A stretch of DNA of 63,558 nt, the filler included, from Octopus bimaculoides (Eukaryota): the NCBI RefSeq assembly GCF_001194135.2. It is 5 parts of 5 records of this genome, joined end to end, with 100 filler letters (N's around TTAATTAATTAA, not from the genome) between each part and the next. Parts side by side here need not be neighbours in the genome. Positions count along the whole stretch, not along the records: positions 20,314 to 44,104 come from NC_068996.1; positions 44,205 to 47,765 come from NC_069003.1; positions 47,866 to 60,104 come from NC_068983.1; 2 more parts are not named here. The stretch is one strand, 5' to 3'. Below the pieces are notes generated by a model. It did not search any database and was not told the DNA's origin. It saw nothing but the letters and a program-made list of their open reading frames with translations. This document shows positions 37,853-50,740 of the stretch, one piece after another (position 1 is the stretch's first letter; every line of letters begins with the position of its first letter). A program made the translations under genes and the position numbers.

Positions 37853-39471
37853 GTTTAAGCGACCAAGAACACAACATTCCTCCTGAATAGGATGCAGGCT
37901 TGTTGCTAGGCTGAAGACCAGAAAATTTGAGGGGAGTGGCAAGTAAATTGATCAACCCTGTTAATTGACTTGTACTTTATTTTTATTGATCCTGTCAATG
38001 GAGTGAAAGGCAAAGTTGACCTAGATGGCATTTGAACTGACAGCATAAAGAGCTGGAAAAAATGGCACTAAGAATTTTGTCCAATGTACTTATGATGATT
38101 CTGCCAGATTACAGTTATGTGAGCATGAAAATACTGATGGTTAACCTATGAAGGTGATTAAGATAAACCCATTACCAGCAGATGACTGGTAACTACTTTT
38201 ATTGATGGCCTCCTCCCCTCACAAAAGGTTGATAGGTAAAGTAGATCTTTGTGGGTTTGCAAAGGTAAAGGGAATTAAATTACCTTGTAACGTTTTAATC
38301 AAGTAATCAATTTTTTTTCTTTTCTCATAGTTTGAGACTTATATGTAAAATTTAGATATGTTATATCTAACAAACAGTCCCACTCCTGCACAACTGCACA
38401 ACTGCATGTCTCCATGACTCCATCTGCATACATGTCACGTACATATGTGCACACGTATGCACATGTATATGAGTACACACATACACAGAGTTAGCCACAC
38501 ACACACACACGTTATGTACTCTTCTGGTAATGTTAGGATTTTATGGGAAAATGAGTGGATTCTCTATTTAGCAACAAAATGCCAAAGTAAAATAAAATAT
38601 TATATGACATCGTTCAGGATGACGACGATGATGATGATGATAATGATGGTGGTGATAAGGGTAGTTTTAGAAAGGTGACACTGAGGTGAGGATGATGGTG
38701 ATGCTGCTGCTGCTTTTGCATTTGATGATGATGATGATAGTAATGGTGATGGTGATGGTGGTAAGAGCTTTAATAATTATCAAGTCGATATTGATGATTA
38801 CGAGGCCACTGCTTTTGATTACGGTGACAATGATGATTATGATGACAACAACACGATGAAGATAACGATGAGTTCAAGTCATAAACAGTCTCCTTATCTA
38901 ACAATCAGTCATATTGACTAATTTAAAAATAACTTAATAACCACGATAACAAACGAACTTTGTTGCACAGGCCATTGATCTAAGCTTGCTGACTGAACAG
39001 ATTAAATCAGAACTCTGCATGATTGGATCTATTATGTTGTCATAGTAACCCTATATCAGTATACACAAACCCTGAAATTCTGAACCCAAACTACAGTTTT
39101 AGTTGGGGTAGGGAGAGATCTGTCTAGGTTAGAGAGTTTTTGGAATGTTTGGAACGTTGGCTGGAATCATCATCATCATCATTATCATCGTTTAATGCCT
39201 ACTTTCCATGCTGGCATGGGTTAGACAGTTTGACTGGAGCTGGTAAGTTGGAGAGCTGCACCGGGCTCCAGTCTGATTTGGCATGGTTTCTATGACTGGA
39301 TGCCTTTCCTAATGCCAACCACTCCAAGAGTTAATGGGTGATTTTTACATACCACTGACAAGGGTGCCAGTTACATGACACCTGCATTGGCCACTTGGCT
39401 TGACGGGTCTTCTCAAGCATGGTATATTGCCAAAGGTGTTGGTCACTTGTCATCGTGTCCATGAGCCCATT

Positions 39472-39731
39472 ACTCTTTTTACTCTTTTACTTGTTTCAGT
39501 CATTTGACTGCGGCCATGCTGGAGCACTGCCTTTTATAGTTGAGCAAATTGACTCCAGAGCTTATTCTTTGTCAATCTAGTACTTATTCTATCGGTCACT
39601 TTTGCCGAACCGCTAAGTTACGGGGATGCAAACACACCAGCATCGGTTGTCAAGCGATGCTGGGGAGACAAACACCGACACACAAACATACACACACACA
39701 TAGATCATCATCATCGTCATTTAACGTCCAC

Positions 39732-39770
<39 letters not shown>

Positions 39771-39930
39771 ACGGGCTTCTTCCAGTTTCTGTCTACCAAA
39801 TCCACTCACAAGGCTTTGATCGGCCCGAGGCTATAGTAGAAGACACTTGCCCAAGGTGCCACGCAGTGGGATTGAACCCAGGACCATGTGGCTGGTAAGC
39901 ATGCTACTTACCACACAGCTACTCCTGCGC
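39472..39930 (-). mobile_element. Full-length copy of the dominant tRNA-derived SINE, reverse orientation
   Basis: Reverse complement of the 9319-9725 element end to end, with a (TA)/(CA)/(CAT) internal microsatellite. Confidence 0.9.
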
Positions 39931-40190
39931 CATTGTTCAAAAATCATGCTTCACCACCTCATCCCATGTCTTCCTGAGTCTACCACAGGTTCCCCTCCAC
40001 AGTTAGAGATTGGCACTTCTTTACATAGCTGTCCTCATCCATGTGCGTCACACGGTGCCATACCAGTGCAGTCGTCTTTCATGCACACTTCATCTGATGT
40101 CTCTTATGCTCAGTTTTTTTCTCTCAAAATGTTTACTCTCTGTTGTACATGCACACTGACAATGTTTTACTGAAATGTCTTTTAGTTTTT
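39930..40190 (-). mobile_element. Second fragment of the same RTE family, reverse strand
   Basis: The reverse complement matches 37230-37450 (gcttcaccacctcatccca..cttcctg.gtctacc..., gctgtcctcatcca). Confidence 0.8.
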
Positions 40191-41902
40191 GTTCCAACAT
40201 TTTGCAGCCCGAATTCAGCTCCCACATCTCCAAAAAGAAACAAAAAATGCTAACTCTTTTGTCAGGAGTTGTGACAGACAAGCAGACAGTATCAGCAATT
40301 TGTTTTTTATTTAAAAAGGCAAAGAAATGGAAACATCGTTTGTTTGGTTCAGCCAGAGGACTGGCAGCGAACACATATATATGTATGCATGCATGCATGT
40401 GTGTGTGTTTGTTTCTGTGTATTTATATATGTGTGTATATATGTAGGTACTTATGAATACATGTCTATAAGCATGTTTTGAGGGGTATGGTTAAATGGTT
40501 CCAGACAATAGAGAACCCAATAGAAAAATGCAGTGTCCAAGAATTTAAATGCAGAATTTACTAGTGATGGTTAATGTAGGATTTGGAGCATGTCTAGACA
40601 TAAAACTATAAGCATGAGAATATATACATAAAACAAAACATATAAATCTGCTCATATACATATATGCATATAAAAATATACCCTGTTGATGTTGAAATTC
40701 CACTGAGGGACCCTTGGATCTAGAGTAGAAACCAGCTCTTTCTTTGTTGGCAAGAAATCTTGAAATAAAACTGAATAATGACATACATGCATACATGCAT
40801 GCAAACATACATACATACATACACACATGTACACACACACACATACATACATACATACATATGTGCACAGATACATACATACATATACACATACATATGT
40901 GCACACATACATATGTGCACACATACATACCTACGTACATGTACACACACATGCATACATACATACGTGCACACATGTACACACACATGCACACATGAAT
41001 ACACAGGCACATACATACATTTTTACTCCGTTGATTATCATGGCATGTATTCCAGTTGATCCAATCAACGGAACAGCCTGCTCATGAGATTTATGTGCAA
41101 GTGGCTCATTATTATACAACCTGCATGACTCAGAAGTGCATAGCCACAAATTTCCTTCATCACATTACCCCCTAAGATTTGGTTTCCTAGTATTCAAATT
41201 ACTCTGTCAAAAGTAATTCTTATTCATTCATATCGTTTCGAATTAATCCTGAATTATCTTGTTGCTTTTAGATTTCAATAAGGTGACTGCTTATTTTCAG
41301 AATGACAATGTAAACTAAGAAGGAGATGCTGGATACAACCGGTTTAAACATAAAACAAGTAGAATATTAGGGCCAGATATTACCAGCTTAAATGCTAAAG
41401 AGTTAAACCCCTTAGTCTACTAGGTTTAGGACATCACTGAAAGGGAGATGGGCAAGCATGTCAGAAATATTACCAAGGACGTGGGGGGCATAATGGCCAA
41501 CATGGATATAAGTCAGCTGATTGATGTATTTAGTGATTTCAGAAGACATATTGAAGCAGTAATCAAGAACGTAGCAACAGGCAAAAATTATCGCTAAGCA
41601 TTTCGTCCAGCGTGCTATCGATTCTACCAGTTCACCACTTTCAATAATGATGATGATGATAATAATAATAATAATAATAATAATCTTTTCTACTCTAGGC
41701 ATAAGGCCCGAAATTTTGGGGAAGTGGGGGGTCAGTCAATTAGATCGACCCCTGCACGCAACTGGTACTTAATTCATCGAACCCTAAAGGATGAAAAGCA
41801 AAGTTGACCTCAGCGGAATTTGAACTCAGAATGTGAAGAGAGACAAACTACTGCTAAGCATTTCTCCCGACGTGCTAACATTTCTACCAGCTTGCCACCT
41901 TC

Positions 41903-41975
<73 letters not shown>

Positions 41976-43084
41976 TCCTGTATTAGGATGTAGAAGTCTC
42001 TAAAATAGAACATCTAACAATGACCTGGTTGATATTCAGCCAGCTATAAAGATAGGAATGTGTCCCTAAATCTCCTCTTCTGTTCATAATATGAGATGTT
42101 TTTTGAGTCCTCATCAGATACATAATCTATGAAACTTCAAGATGGGTTTGGATTTCCTTTTTTATAGTTCCATGAAGAATTTTTGTCTTCATAGGTTTAG
42201 TTGATGTTTGTGTGGTTAAGAAGCTTGCTTCCCAACGACATGGATCTAGGTTCAGTCTCAGTGCATGGCATCTGAGGCAAGTGTCGTCTAAGCCTTGTGA
42301 GTGGATTTGGTAGATGGAAACTGAAAGAAGCCCATCATGTATGTAAAGACCCCTTCGGTCATGAATAACCATGGGATTGCACCTAGAAAGTTCTCCTCCA
42401 AGGCACAAATCCAGGTAAGGTTGTTTATGGAAGACCAGCAGTTTCCTATGCATACCAGCCTCTCCTCTCCACACCATTATATGTACATAGGGTAAAGGGT
42501 AAAGACCCCTTTTGATTATAAATGACCATGGGTTTGCACCTAGAATGTTCCCCTCTGAGGCAAAGTCTGGGCAAGGTTGTTTATGGCAGACCAGCAGTCA
42601 CCCATGCATACCAGCCTCCCCTTTCCACACCACTGATGTTATCCAAGGAAGAGGCAAAGGGGCCGATACAGCTTGGCACCAGTGATGCCACAACTCATTT
42701 CTACAGCTGAGTGAACTGGAGCAATGTGAAAGAAATATACCGCCCTGTCTGGGAATTGAACTCACTACCTCATAATTGTGAGCCTGATGCTCTAACCACT
42801 GAGCCATGCACCTTCACAGTGTTTGTATGCGTGTGCTTATATGTCTGTAAGTGTGCAACAGCTTCCATGACTGTAAAACAAGCGACACCATCATGTTAGT
42901 GGTGTACTTTGTTTTTTAATCTCCCATGGAAGGATGTCTGACCTGGGGTGGCTGAAGGGTGGGGGAATATTACCTTGCCTGAAAGACAAAGTAAAGATTG
43001 GTAACAGGAAGGGCATCTGGCTGGCTATAGAAAAATCTGTTTCATCAAATTGCATCTGACAATGTGAGCATGGAAAAGTTGACT

Positions 43085-43301
43085 TTAAACCTTTCAGCAT
43101 TTAAACCGGTCGTATCCAGCCCAAATATTCAACCTGTTTTATGTTCAAGCTGGCTACGTCTGGCTCCTCACTTCTATCCTGCAATGTCAGTCTAAAAATA
43201 AACAAACAACATCATGGAGATCTCAAAGCTATGAGATAATGCATGATTAATTCAAAAACGATGAGAATAGATAAGCATTACTTTTGACGGAGAAAGGGTT
43301 T
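43085..43301 (+). mobile_element. TTAA-bounded MITE (piggyBac-like termini); inverted copy at about 41186-41406
   Basis: Starts TTAAACCTTTCAGCATTTAAACCGG and ends AAAGGGTTTA. The copy ending ...AAATGCTAAAGAGTTAA at 41406 is homologous in reverse. Confidence 0.6.
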
Positions 43302-43309
43302 ACGTGACC

Positions 43310-44104
43310 ATAACGATGATGATGATGATGATGATGATAGTCCGAATTTTGGACCATCCTGCCTCTGTTATCCTTGCTATAGTAACTACTAATACAGCTA
43401 CCACTACTACCACACTAGCCATCAGTGACACTACCACCACCATCATCATCATCACTACCGCCACCTCCACTGTTACTACCATTACAAACTTCATCTTCAC
43501 TGCTAGTACTACAAATATTATCACTACTACAACCATCTCTGTTGCCAACACCTTACAACCACTGCTACCACCACCACCACCACCACTATCACCACAAACT
43601 TCGCTACCGTTAGCACTACCCTCAGCAGTAACAGCACCAACATTATCACCATCACCATTACTACCACTATGATCATTACCACCAATACCACTGCTGCTAC
43701 CACCACAACAACCATTGTCACCACTACGACAATGACGACGACCACCACTACGACCATTATCACCACTACGACAATGACGACGACCACCACTACGACCATT
43801 ACCACCACTACCACTATCACCATCCTACTTACCTCTGCTACCTGCACAGCAAACTTCATCACTACCGTTAACACCAACACCATTACCAGCAAGAACAACA
43901 GCTTCTGCAGCAGCAGCAGCAGCGGCAACAGCAGCAGCGGCAACAGCAGCTGCAGTCCATTGCCTCCACTAGCACCATCATTGCTAATTTCACTACCACA
44001 AGCAGTGCCAATGCCACCATCGTCTACCATTACCAGCAGTACATATTCCACCACCACTGCCACCACCACCGCCACCACCACCGCCACCACCACTGCTATC
44101 ACCA
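43310..44104. repeat. Degenerate (ACC/ACT/AGC)n trinucleotide tract
   Basis: Direct reading; gives Thr-rich pseudo-ORFs with no splice or domain support. Confidence 0.85.
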
Positions 44105-44204
44105 NNNNNNNNNNNNNNNNNNNNNNNNNNNNNNNNNNNNNNNNNNNNTTAATTAATTAANNNNNNNNNNNNNNNNNNNNNNNNNNNNNNNNNNNNNNNN
44201 NNNN

Positions 44205-44590
44205 TAGTCGTTCAACCCGTGTCCACGAGGGCCTTGAACTTCTTCTCCTCGGCCTTGACCTCGACTACGGGCAGCGCCTCCACAAGCGCCTCTACTTGGT
44301 TGCGGGGAAAGTTTGAGAGGCAGCAACTTCCCCACGGTCGTTTCACTGGTTGCAATCACGGGTGATGTGCCCCGTCTTCCTGCATCGATAGCAGACGGGC
44401 CCCGATTCGGTGCATTCCCTCACCATGTGCGACCCCTGACATTTAAAACACCGGCCCGAGAACGGCCGCTGTCGTTGCTCGGTAGGCTTCCTCACGCCTT
44501 TCTCCGGCCGTCGTCTGTTGGAACACGCCTCCGCCGCCGCCATCTCAATCGTCTTCCGTTCGACGTGTTGCGTCAACACGTGAGTAACAG
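44205..44590 (-). mobile_element. Ty3/Gypsy-type LTR retrotransposon relic: gag zinc knuckles and start of the aspartic protease
   Basis: CFKCQGSHMVREC and CYRCRKTGHITRDC. The -1 frame reads EALPVVEVKAEEKKFKALVDTG (DTG at 44223-44215). It is cut off by a linker gap. Confidence 0.9.
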
Positions 44591-47117
44591 TTTTTTTGTT
44601 ATATTTCTGCTGCTTTTAAATAAAGCATATTACTCTACCTCTGGTATTTGAGTACTCTTTTTTCCACCTTGTTGCACATTTATGTGCTTACTCCGGTATA
44701 CACACACACACACACACATATATATATGTGTGTGTGTGTCTGTGTTTGTTCCCCAACATCGCTTGACAAGCGATGCTGGTGTGTTTATGTCCCCGTAACT
44801 TAGCGGTTTGGCAAAAGAGACTGATAGAATAAGTACTAGGCTTACAATGAATATGTCCTGGGGTCGATTTGTTCGACTAAAGGCGCTGCTCCAGCATGGC
44901 CGCAGTCAAATGATTGAAACGAATAAAAAATAAAAATAAAAATAAAATAAAATAAAAGAGGTTTAAAGTTTGATCATTTCCCCACCAGAAACAGAATTTG
45001 GAAGCTGTCATTTTGTGCGTGACTGCACATTTTGTCGTCGATATCCTGAAAATATCACATGTTAATATTTGTAAACAACACGTGTTATGTCTCAGGTAAT
45101 TTTCTTTCATGTAAATAAATGTTTATGTTAATTTGAAAGAGAAAAACAGTTTGTTTTAAATCTCTGAGTGAGATGTTGGCAAATAAATTTTAATTTAAAA
45201 GATTTATCGAAAAAATCTTATTTAGCTGTTATTTTTAGCACACCTCACAGCCACCTCAGTGCTCAATGACAAAAAGAAATGTTTAAACAAGACTTGTCAA
45301 CACGTGATTCCTCGTAGACTTTTCAAAGACTGCTAATTACTATGGCAACAGGCAAAAGAATTCTTATGTTTCAGCTTGCCACTACCGAAACAGACATGAA
45401 TGTAGCTTACGATTGGCTAAAATCACCAAAATTTTCAAACTTTAATTACTAATGACTCTTTATTTATTGATTTATAGCGAAAATTACTTGCACGTCATTA
45501 ACTAGCCTATAAAAGTGTTTCATTACACTGAATATGAAATCAATTCGAACAGAAAATTGACGCTGGCAACCAAACAGAAAAGATCCCGTAATCTCCGTAT
45601 TTTCTCACGTAGTTTAAAAAAAAAAAAAATTCGAAAAATAGTGAAAAATTTAAAAATTTGGGTGGGGAGAGGGGAAATAAAAAGTTTGAAACGTGTTCAA
45701 TTTTTTTAGGAAAATTGTAATCTCCGATATTGAAAACAGGAATCCGAAGTAATTTTTGAAAAAAAATGGAAGGGGAGGGGACCTACACCTAATCTCTGCC
45801 TACGTTAGCATCTGTTTAGCGTTGATAAGTTTTCGTTAAAAGTCTAAAAAAAAGTATGAAATTTAATGAAAAAAGAAAGTTTATTAAGCATACTTTGACC
45901 CTGAAACGAACTTAAAGTAGAATTTGGACAATCTTAAGAAATCTGGCCACAGAGTGGCCATAACCATAGACCTAATGCCTATTCAATAATTGGGATAAAA
46001 CATAAAAATAAAGTGGGTTTTTTTCAAACCGCCGATGGGGCATGGGGAAAAATAGGTTAGGAAATACTGATGTAAACAATACATATTTTGTAGCGAGAGT
46101 GTTTAATTACGAAAAAACAAACATGGGCAAGCAGACTACACAACAGCTCTGCTTGTTATTATGAAAACAGGCACCAATATGTCTAGGGCTTTTGATTTGC
46201 TAAAATTACCCCAAATTTGCAAACTTTAAAAGCTATTAATTTTTATTTATCTATTTCTGGCAAAAATGAATTTTATTTCCATAATTAGTATACAAAACTA
46301 CACCAATACACCAAATTTGAAATCACTTGGAACAAAATTGAAGAAATTGAAAAGTGAAAGCCAAACAGAAAAGATCACATTTTTTTTTCTAGTGAGGTCA
46401 TGACCAACGCCATAAGGTTGGTCCTGAAACATGATGAAGTTGCATAAGATGATCAGTGTTTTTATCAGAAGTTCGGAGCAAGTGTAAATAACCATGCAAC
46501 ATCAAGAGCCCTTTGTTATCGGCTCCAAGAAATTCCAGGACTGGCTGCCATTAAATAGTTCTGAGGGGGAGCTATGTAGAGCATTGCCCATGAACTTGTA
46601 ACAGAAGAACTGTAGCCAAGGACCTTCACTGCACACTAGTTATTGAGCTGGTCCACAGAAAAAGAACTGGCTAGGTGGCAAATTTAACAAGACCTTAAAT
46701 GGATGATCGTACTCTCTGTCACGTTCTAGATAATTGACACAGAATAAACAATGTTTCAGCACACTCTGTGGTTATTTTTATGTATAACATAACAAAAGCT
46801 ATAACCCAATACTCTTTATTTTAGCAGAATACTTGTTTAACTTTTACAAGAAGAGTGACAGTGCATTTGTCAGACTCTCTGGCGAAGACTTGCGAGACAA
46901 AACTTCGGAGTCACTTTTACTCTTCTTGTAAAATTTTAAGGAATGTAGGCGTAGGCTTAGCATGGGTGTGTGGTAAGAAGCTTGCTTTCCAACCACATGG
47001 TTCCTGGTTCAGTCCCACTGCGTGGCACCTTGGGCAAGTGTCTTCTACTATAGCTTCGAGCCGACCAAAGCCTTGTGGATGGATTTGGTAGATGGAAACT
47101 GAAAGAAGCCCATCGTA

Positions 47118-47328
47118 TATCAAACATCTGACACAATCTGAGACAAATAACGACAAAAAACAATCCTCCATACTCTACCAACATGCCAAAGACCAGCATG
47201 GAGGCAACTTGAGTCAACTCGACATCCGCATCTTATCCAAGCACCCAAAAGACCCAACTCTAAGACAAATACGGGAGTACGTCCTTATAAATGAAACTTC
47301 CCCAATACTAAATAGGAAATATACATAG
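47118..47328 (+). mobile_element. Penelope-like element GIY-YIG endonuclease C-terminal fragment
   Basis: KHLTQ...KQSSILYQHAKDQHGG...DIRILSKHPKDPTLRQIREYVLINETSPILNRK fits the PLE endonuclease end pattern S.l..H....H...IL....R.I.E...I....P.LN. Confidence 0.75.
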
Positions 47329-48329
47329 ATATCATACCCCCATACCCACATTTTACACAGGTAGAGTAGAACAGTTAATGGGCTTTTACGCAGATAGATG
47401 TATGTATGTCTGTGTGTGTGGATGTATGTGTGTGCACATGTATGTAAACAAACAGGTCTACATACAGACGGGTAGGTACATAGGGTATATGAACAGACAA
47501 CCACATACGCAAATAGAGACTGAAACACATGACCACACATACACACACACTTTACTTCACACAAAGACACATGTCCACACATATGGAGATGTGCACCCAT
47601 ACATACAAACATGGTACATAGCAGCAAAACACACACACACACATGCACACACACACACGCACACACACACACACACTCAGACATGCACACACAAGGAGAC
47701 AGAGGTACATACATACATATACACACATGCACACACATACATAAAAAACACACAAACACAGGAATNNNNNNNNNNNNNNNNNNNNNNNNNNNNNNNNNNN
47801 NNNNNNNNNTTAATTAATTAANNNNNNNNNNNNNNNNNNNNNNNNNNNNNNNNNNNNNNNNNNNNTATATATATATATATAGGGATGAATAAGAGAGTAG
47901 TATGGGATTTGGCCCCATATTCCCGAGTGTGCATGATATCAACGATCAGGACTAATTAAGACTCAAAGCAATAAGAGCAATATCTTCGAAATAGAGTTGA
48001 ATTTTAAAAGAATTTATACACGTTGTTTATCCTCGTTAAAGGTGGAGTTGGGCTATCGTCACAGCAAAACTAAGCATGGTATATATATGATTGTGTATTT
48101 AAATAAACAGGAGTCCTTGTGTTTTTTTTGTTTGTTTTTTTTGTTTTTTTTTTAGTAAGTTTTATTCCATGTGACCTCTGAACGTCAGCACAGCAAAATT
48201 TAAATGTTTATCGTGCTGTAGATGTCTTTATCTATTTACATGAAACAGAGAAGCCATCAAAAATGTGAGAGTCGATCATAAGGCCGCCTCAAGTTATATT
48301 TCTAGAACATTAAGCAACCCAGAGTTCTG

Positions 48330-48405
48330 TTAATGATATTTTCTCTACAAGTTTGTATAATGATATTTTCTCTACAAGTTTGTGTAATGATATTTTTTCT
48401 ACGTT
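48330..48405. repeat. Short tandem repeat, 27-bp unit (TAATGATATTTTCTCTACAAGTTTGT), 3 copies
   Basis: Direct reading of the sequence. Confidence 0.85.
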
Positions 48406-48590
48406 TGGTTTGTATAACGGGCATAAATCTAATAAAGCACAATCAAGAGAAACGGTAGCATAAACTGAGTTATGCAGATCACAGATCATATCATGATGGT
48501 AAATATTTTAGCTGTGTTTACCACAAAAGATGGCCTTGCATTCGTAGAAAGTTTGACATTTTAGCTGCTTGATGTTCATAAATAGAAAAC

Positions 48591-49467
48591 CAGATCTGAT
48601 CAATAAGTATCCGGACTGTTGTCATAGTAACGAAGCTAAAGAACGCAGAGTGAAGCCACTTATCAAAGATTGACCTTGGACTTAGCTTTTCAACGTTCTA
48701 GCCTACTTCCGCTGTTTACAGCAGTGTTTGGAAGGAACGTGTGTAGCGTGTGATCGTCGCATTGACGATGACAGAGAAAGTTGTCATGGCGATACCTGCT
48801 CAGAAGCCTACGCAAAGTTGCAGAAAGTGTATAGAGAGGAGTGTGTAAAACGCACACAAGTGTACGAGTGTTTCGGACATCTCCAAGATTGCTGAAAAAA
48901 TGTCGATATTGAAGAACGTTCTGGGAGACCCACAACCAGCAGAACTTAGATAAACATAGCAGATGTGCGTGCAGCTATGAGGGGAAATCGTCGAATCACC
49001 ATCCGTGTGTTATCAGAGGATGTGCAGATTAGTTACGGTTTAGTTCAGCCCATTATCACTGAAAATTCGGGTATGAGACGCGTATCTGTCAAGTTTGTGA
49101 CAAAACTGCTTTCTGCTGATCATAAAGACACTCGGGGTTTCAGTTACACAAGATCCCCTTGATTGTGTCGATAATGATGAAAACTTTTTGAAAACTTTGC
49201 GTAGACCTCTGAACAGGTATCGCTAAGCTTTTGGCAAAATTTGATGCAGATTCTCTGGTCAACTTTGTCATGGTCAATGCGACGATCACATGCTGCACAT
49301 GTTCCTTCCAGGTACTGCTGTAACCAGTGGAAGTGAGCTAGAACGTTAAATCTTAGTGCCCATGCACAGCAGAATTGAAGATCAGTCTATGCCAAGCGGC
49401 TTCACTCTGCATGATTTAGCTTCGTTACTATGGCAACAGCTCCGATACTTATTGATCAGACCACGTA
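48591..49467 (+). mobile_element. Internally deleted mariner (DD34D-type) element with inverted termini of about 200 bp
   Basis: TIR (TACG.GG)TCTGATCAATAAGTATC... at both ends. Decayed N-terminal transposase GDTCSEAYAKLQKVY...EERSGRPTTSRT..NIADVRAAMRGNRRITIRVLSEDVQISYGLVQPIITENSGMRRVSVKFVTKLL. Confidence 0.9.
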
Positions 49468-50023
49468 AACGTGTAGTGACATTACTAGATATGTTTGAAG
49501 GAGATTAGATTACAATAACTCCATTGCGACACTTTTTCGGTGTTTAATAATCCTTGATAAAATGAATGCAACGAGTATTCTTATATCTAAGAATATAAGA
49601 ACATGCTTATATCTACCACAGCTAGCTAACATCATCTCTAACAAACATTTAATACGATTGAAGAGGTTTACGTTAACAGTTGAAGAAGTGAACACTTGAA
49701 GTTATGAGTTCATCACCCCGTATATCGATTTTCTACTGTTGCTTTTTTGTTTGTTTTCATTTCATTCATATCATTTGGAACACAGCATTAGCTGCTATAT
49801 TCAAGCGAAAGGAATCAATTATTTAATATTTATTTATATCTTAAATCAGAGTCAAAAAATGACTAGCTTATTTTAGCCATTAAGACAAAGGTCATGCTTT
49901 AAAGCGAAAGCGCGTTATAAGTAGGTTTGTTATATACAGTATTACATTATATATGACTGATTTGGGCGTATCAAATGCAACTGTAGACAATGTAAAAATA
50001 AATATACGTATATGTATTTAGAT

Positions 50024-50335
50024 CGTGGAGGCGCAATGGTCCAGTAGTTAAGGCAGCGGACTCGCGGACGGAGGATCGCCGTTTCAATTCCCAGACCAGG
50101 CGTTGTGAGTGTTTATTGAGCGAAAACACCTAAAGCTCCACGAGGCTCCAGCAGGTGGGGGGGCTACTCCTGTTGTACTCTTTCGCCCCAACTTTCTCTC
50201 ACTATTTCTTCCTGTTTCTTGAGTAACGCTGCGATGGACTGGCGTCCCGTCCAGGTGAGGGGAACACATACGCCATAGAAACCGGGATACCGGGCTCATG
50301 AGCCTGGTTAGGCTTTCAAAGGGCCCATAAATAAA
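50024..50335 (+). mobile_element. tRNA-derived SINE with a Meta/V-like central motif
   Basis: Head GGAGGCGCAATGGTCCAGTAGTTAAGGCAGCGGACTCGCG...TTTCAATTCC, and core GCGATGGACTGGCGTCCCGTCCAGG...AGAAACCGGGA. Single copy in the window. Confidence 0.65.
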
Positions 50336-50652
50336 ACAAATATGTATTTAGGTCCACAGTAAAATTAGGCCACAATAATGTCTTCAGCAGACTTCATTGA
50401 AGATCGAACATATTGGCTTTGCTTTCTTCATAGTTAATTAGGGCTCACATAACTCTCCTATCTAAGACGCGGATATCACAGCAGTTGTGGATTTTGTATT
50501 AAAATATGGACAAGGTTGTTTCAGGTACAAAGTGCAAAATTGGAAGCCTGACAAACAAGAATTAATAAAGTCCCAAGAGAAGGAAGGTTATTGATAACTA
50601 TATGGAGACACACACATATATACATACACACACACGTACATATGTGTGAGTG

Positions 50653-50740
<88 letters not shown>

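Noticed and set aside
43304-44104. Mucin-like Thr-rich ORFs
   Set aside because: Degenerate trinucleotide repeat with stops between blocks and no splice signals; typical of this genome's SSR tracts.
46388-46430. Hammerhead-like string CTAGTGAGG...GACCAAC/GTTGGTC...CTGAAACATG
   Set aside because: The core deviates (CTAGTGA instead of CTGATGA), the stem II junction is irregular, and there is no stem I.
44950-46940. About 2 kb of microsatellite-free sequence with a short direct repeat (CCAAACAGAAAAGATC at about 45570 and 46360)
   Set aside because: Probably decayed DNA-transposon sequence, but no TIR/TSD or ORF could be established.
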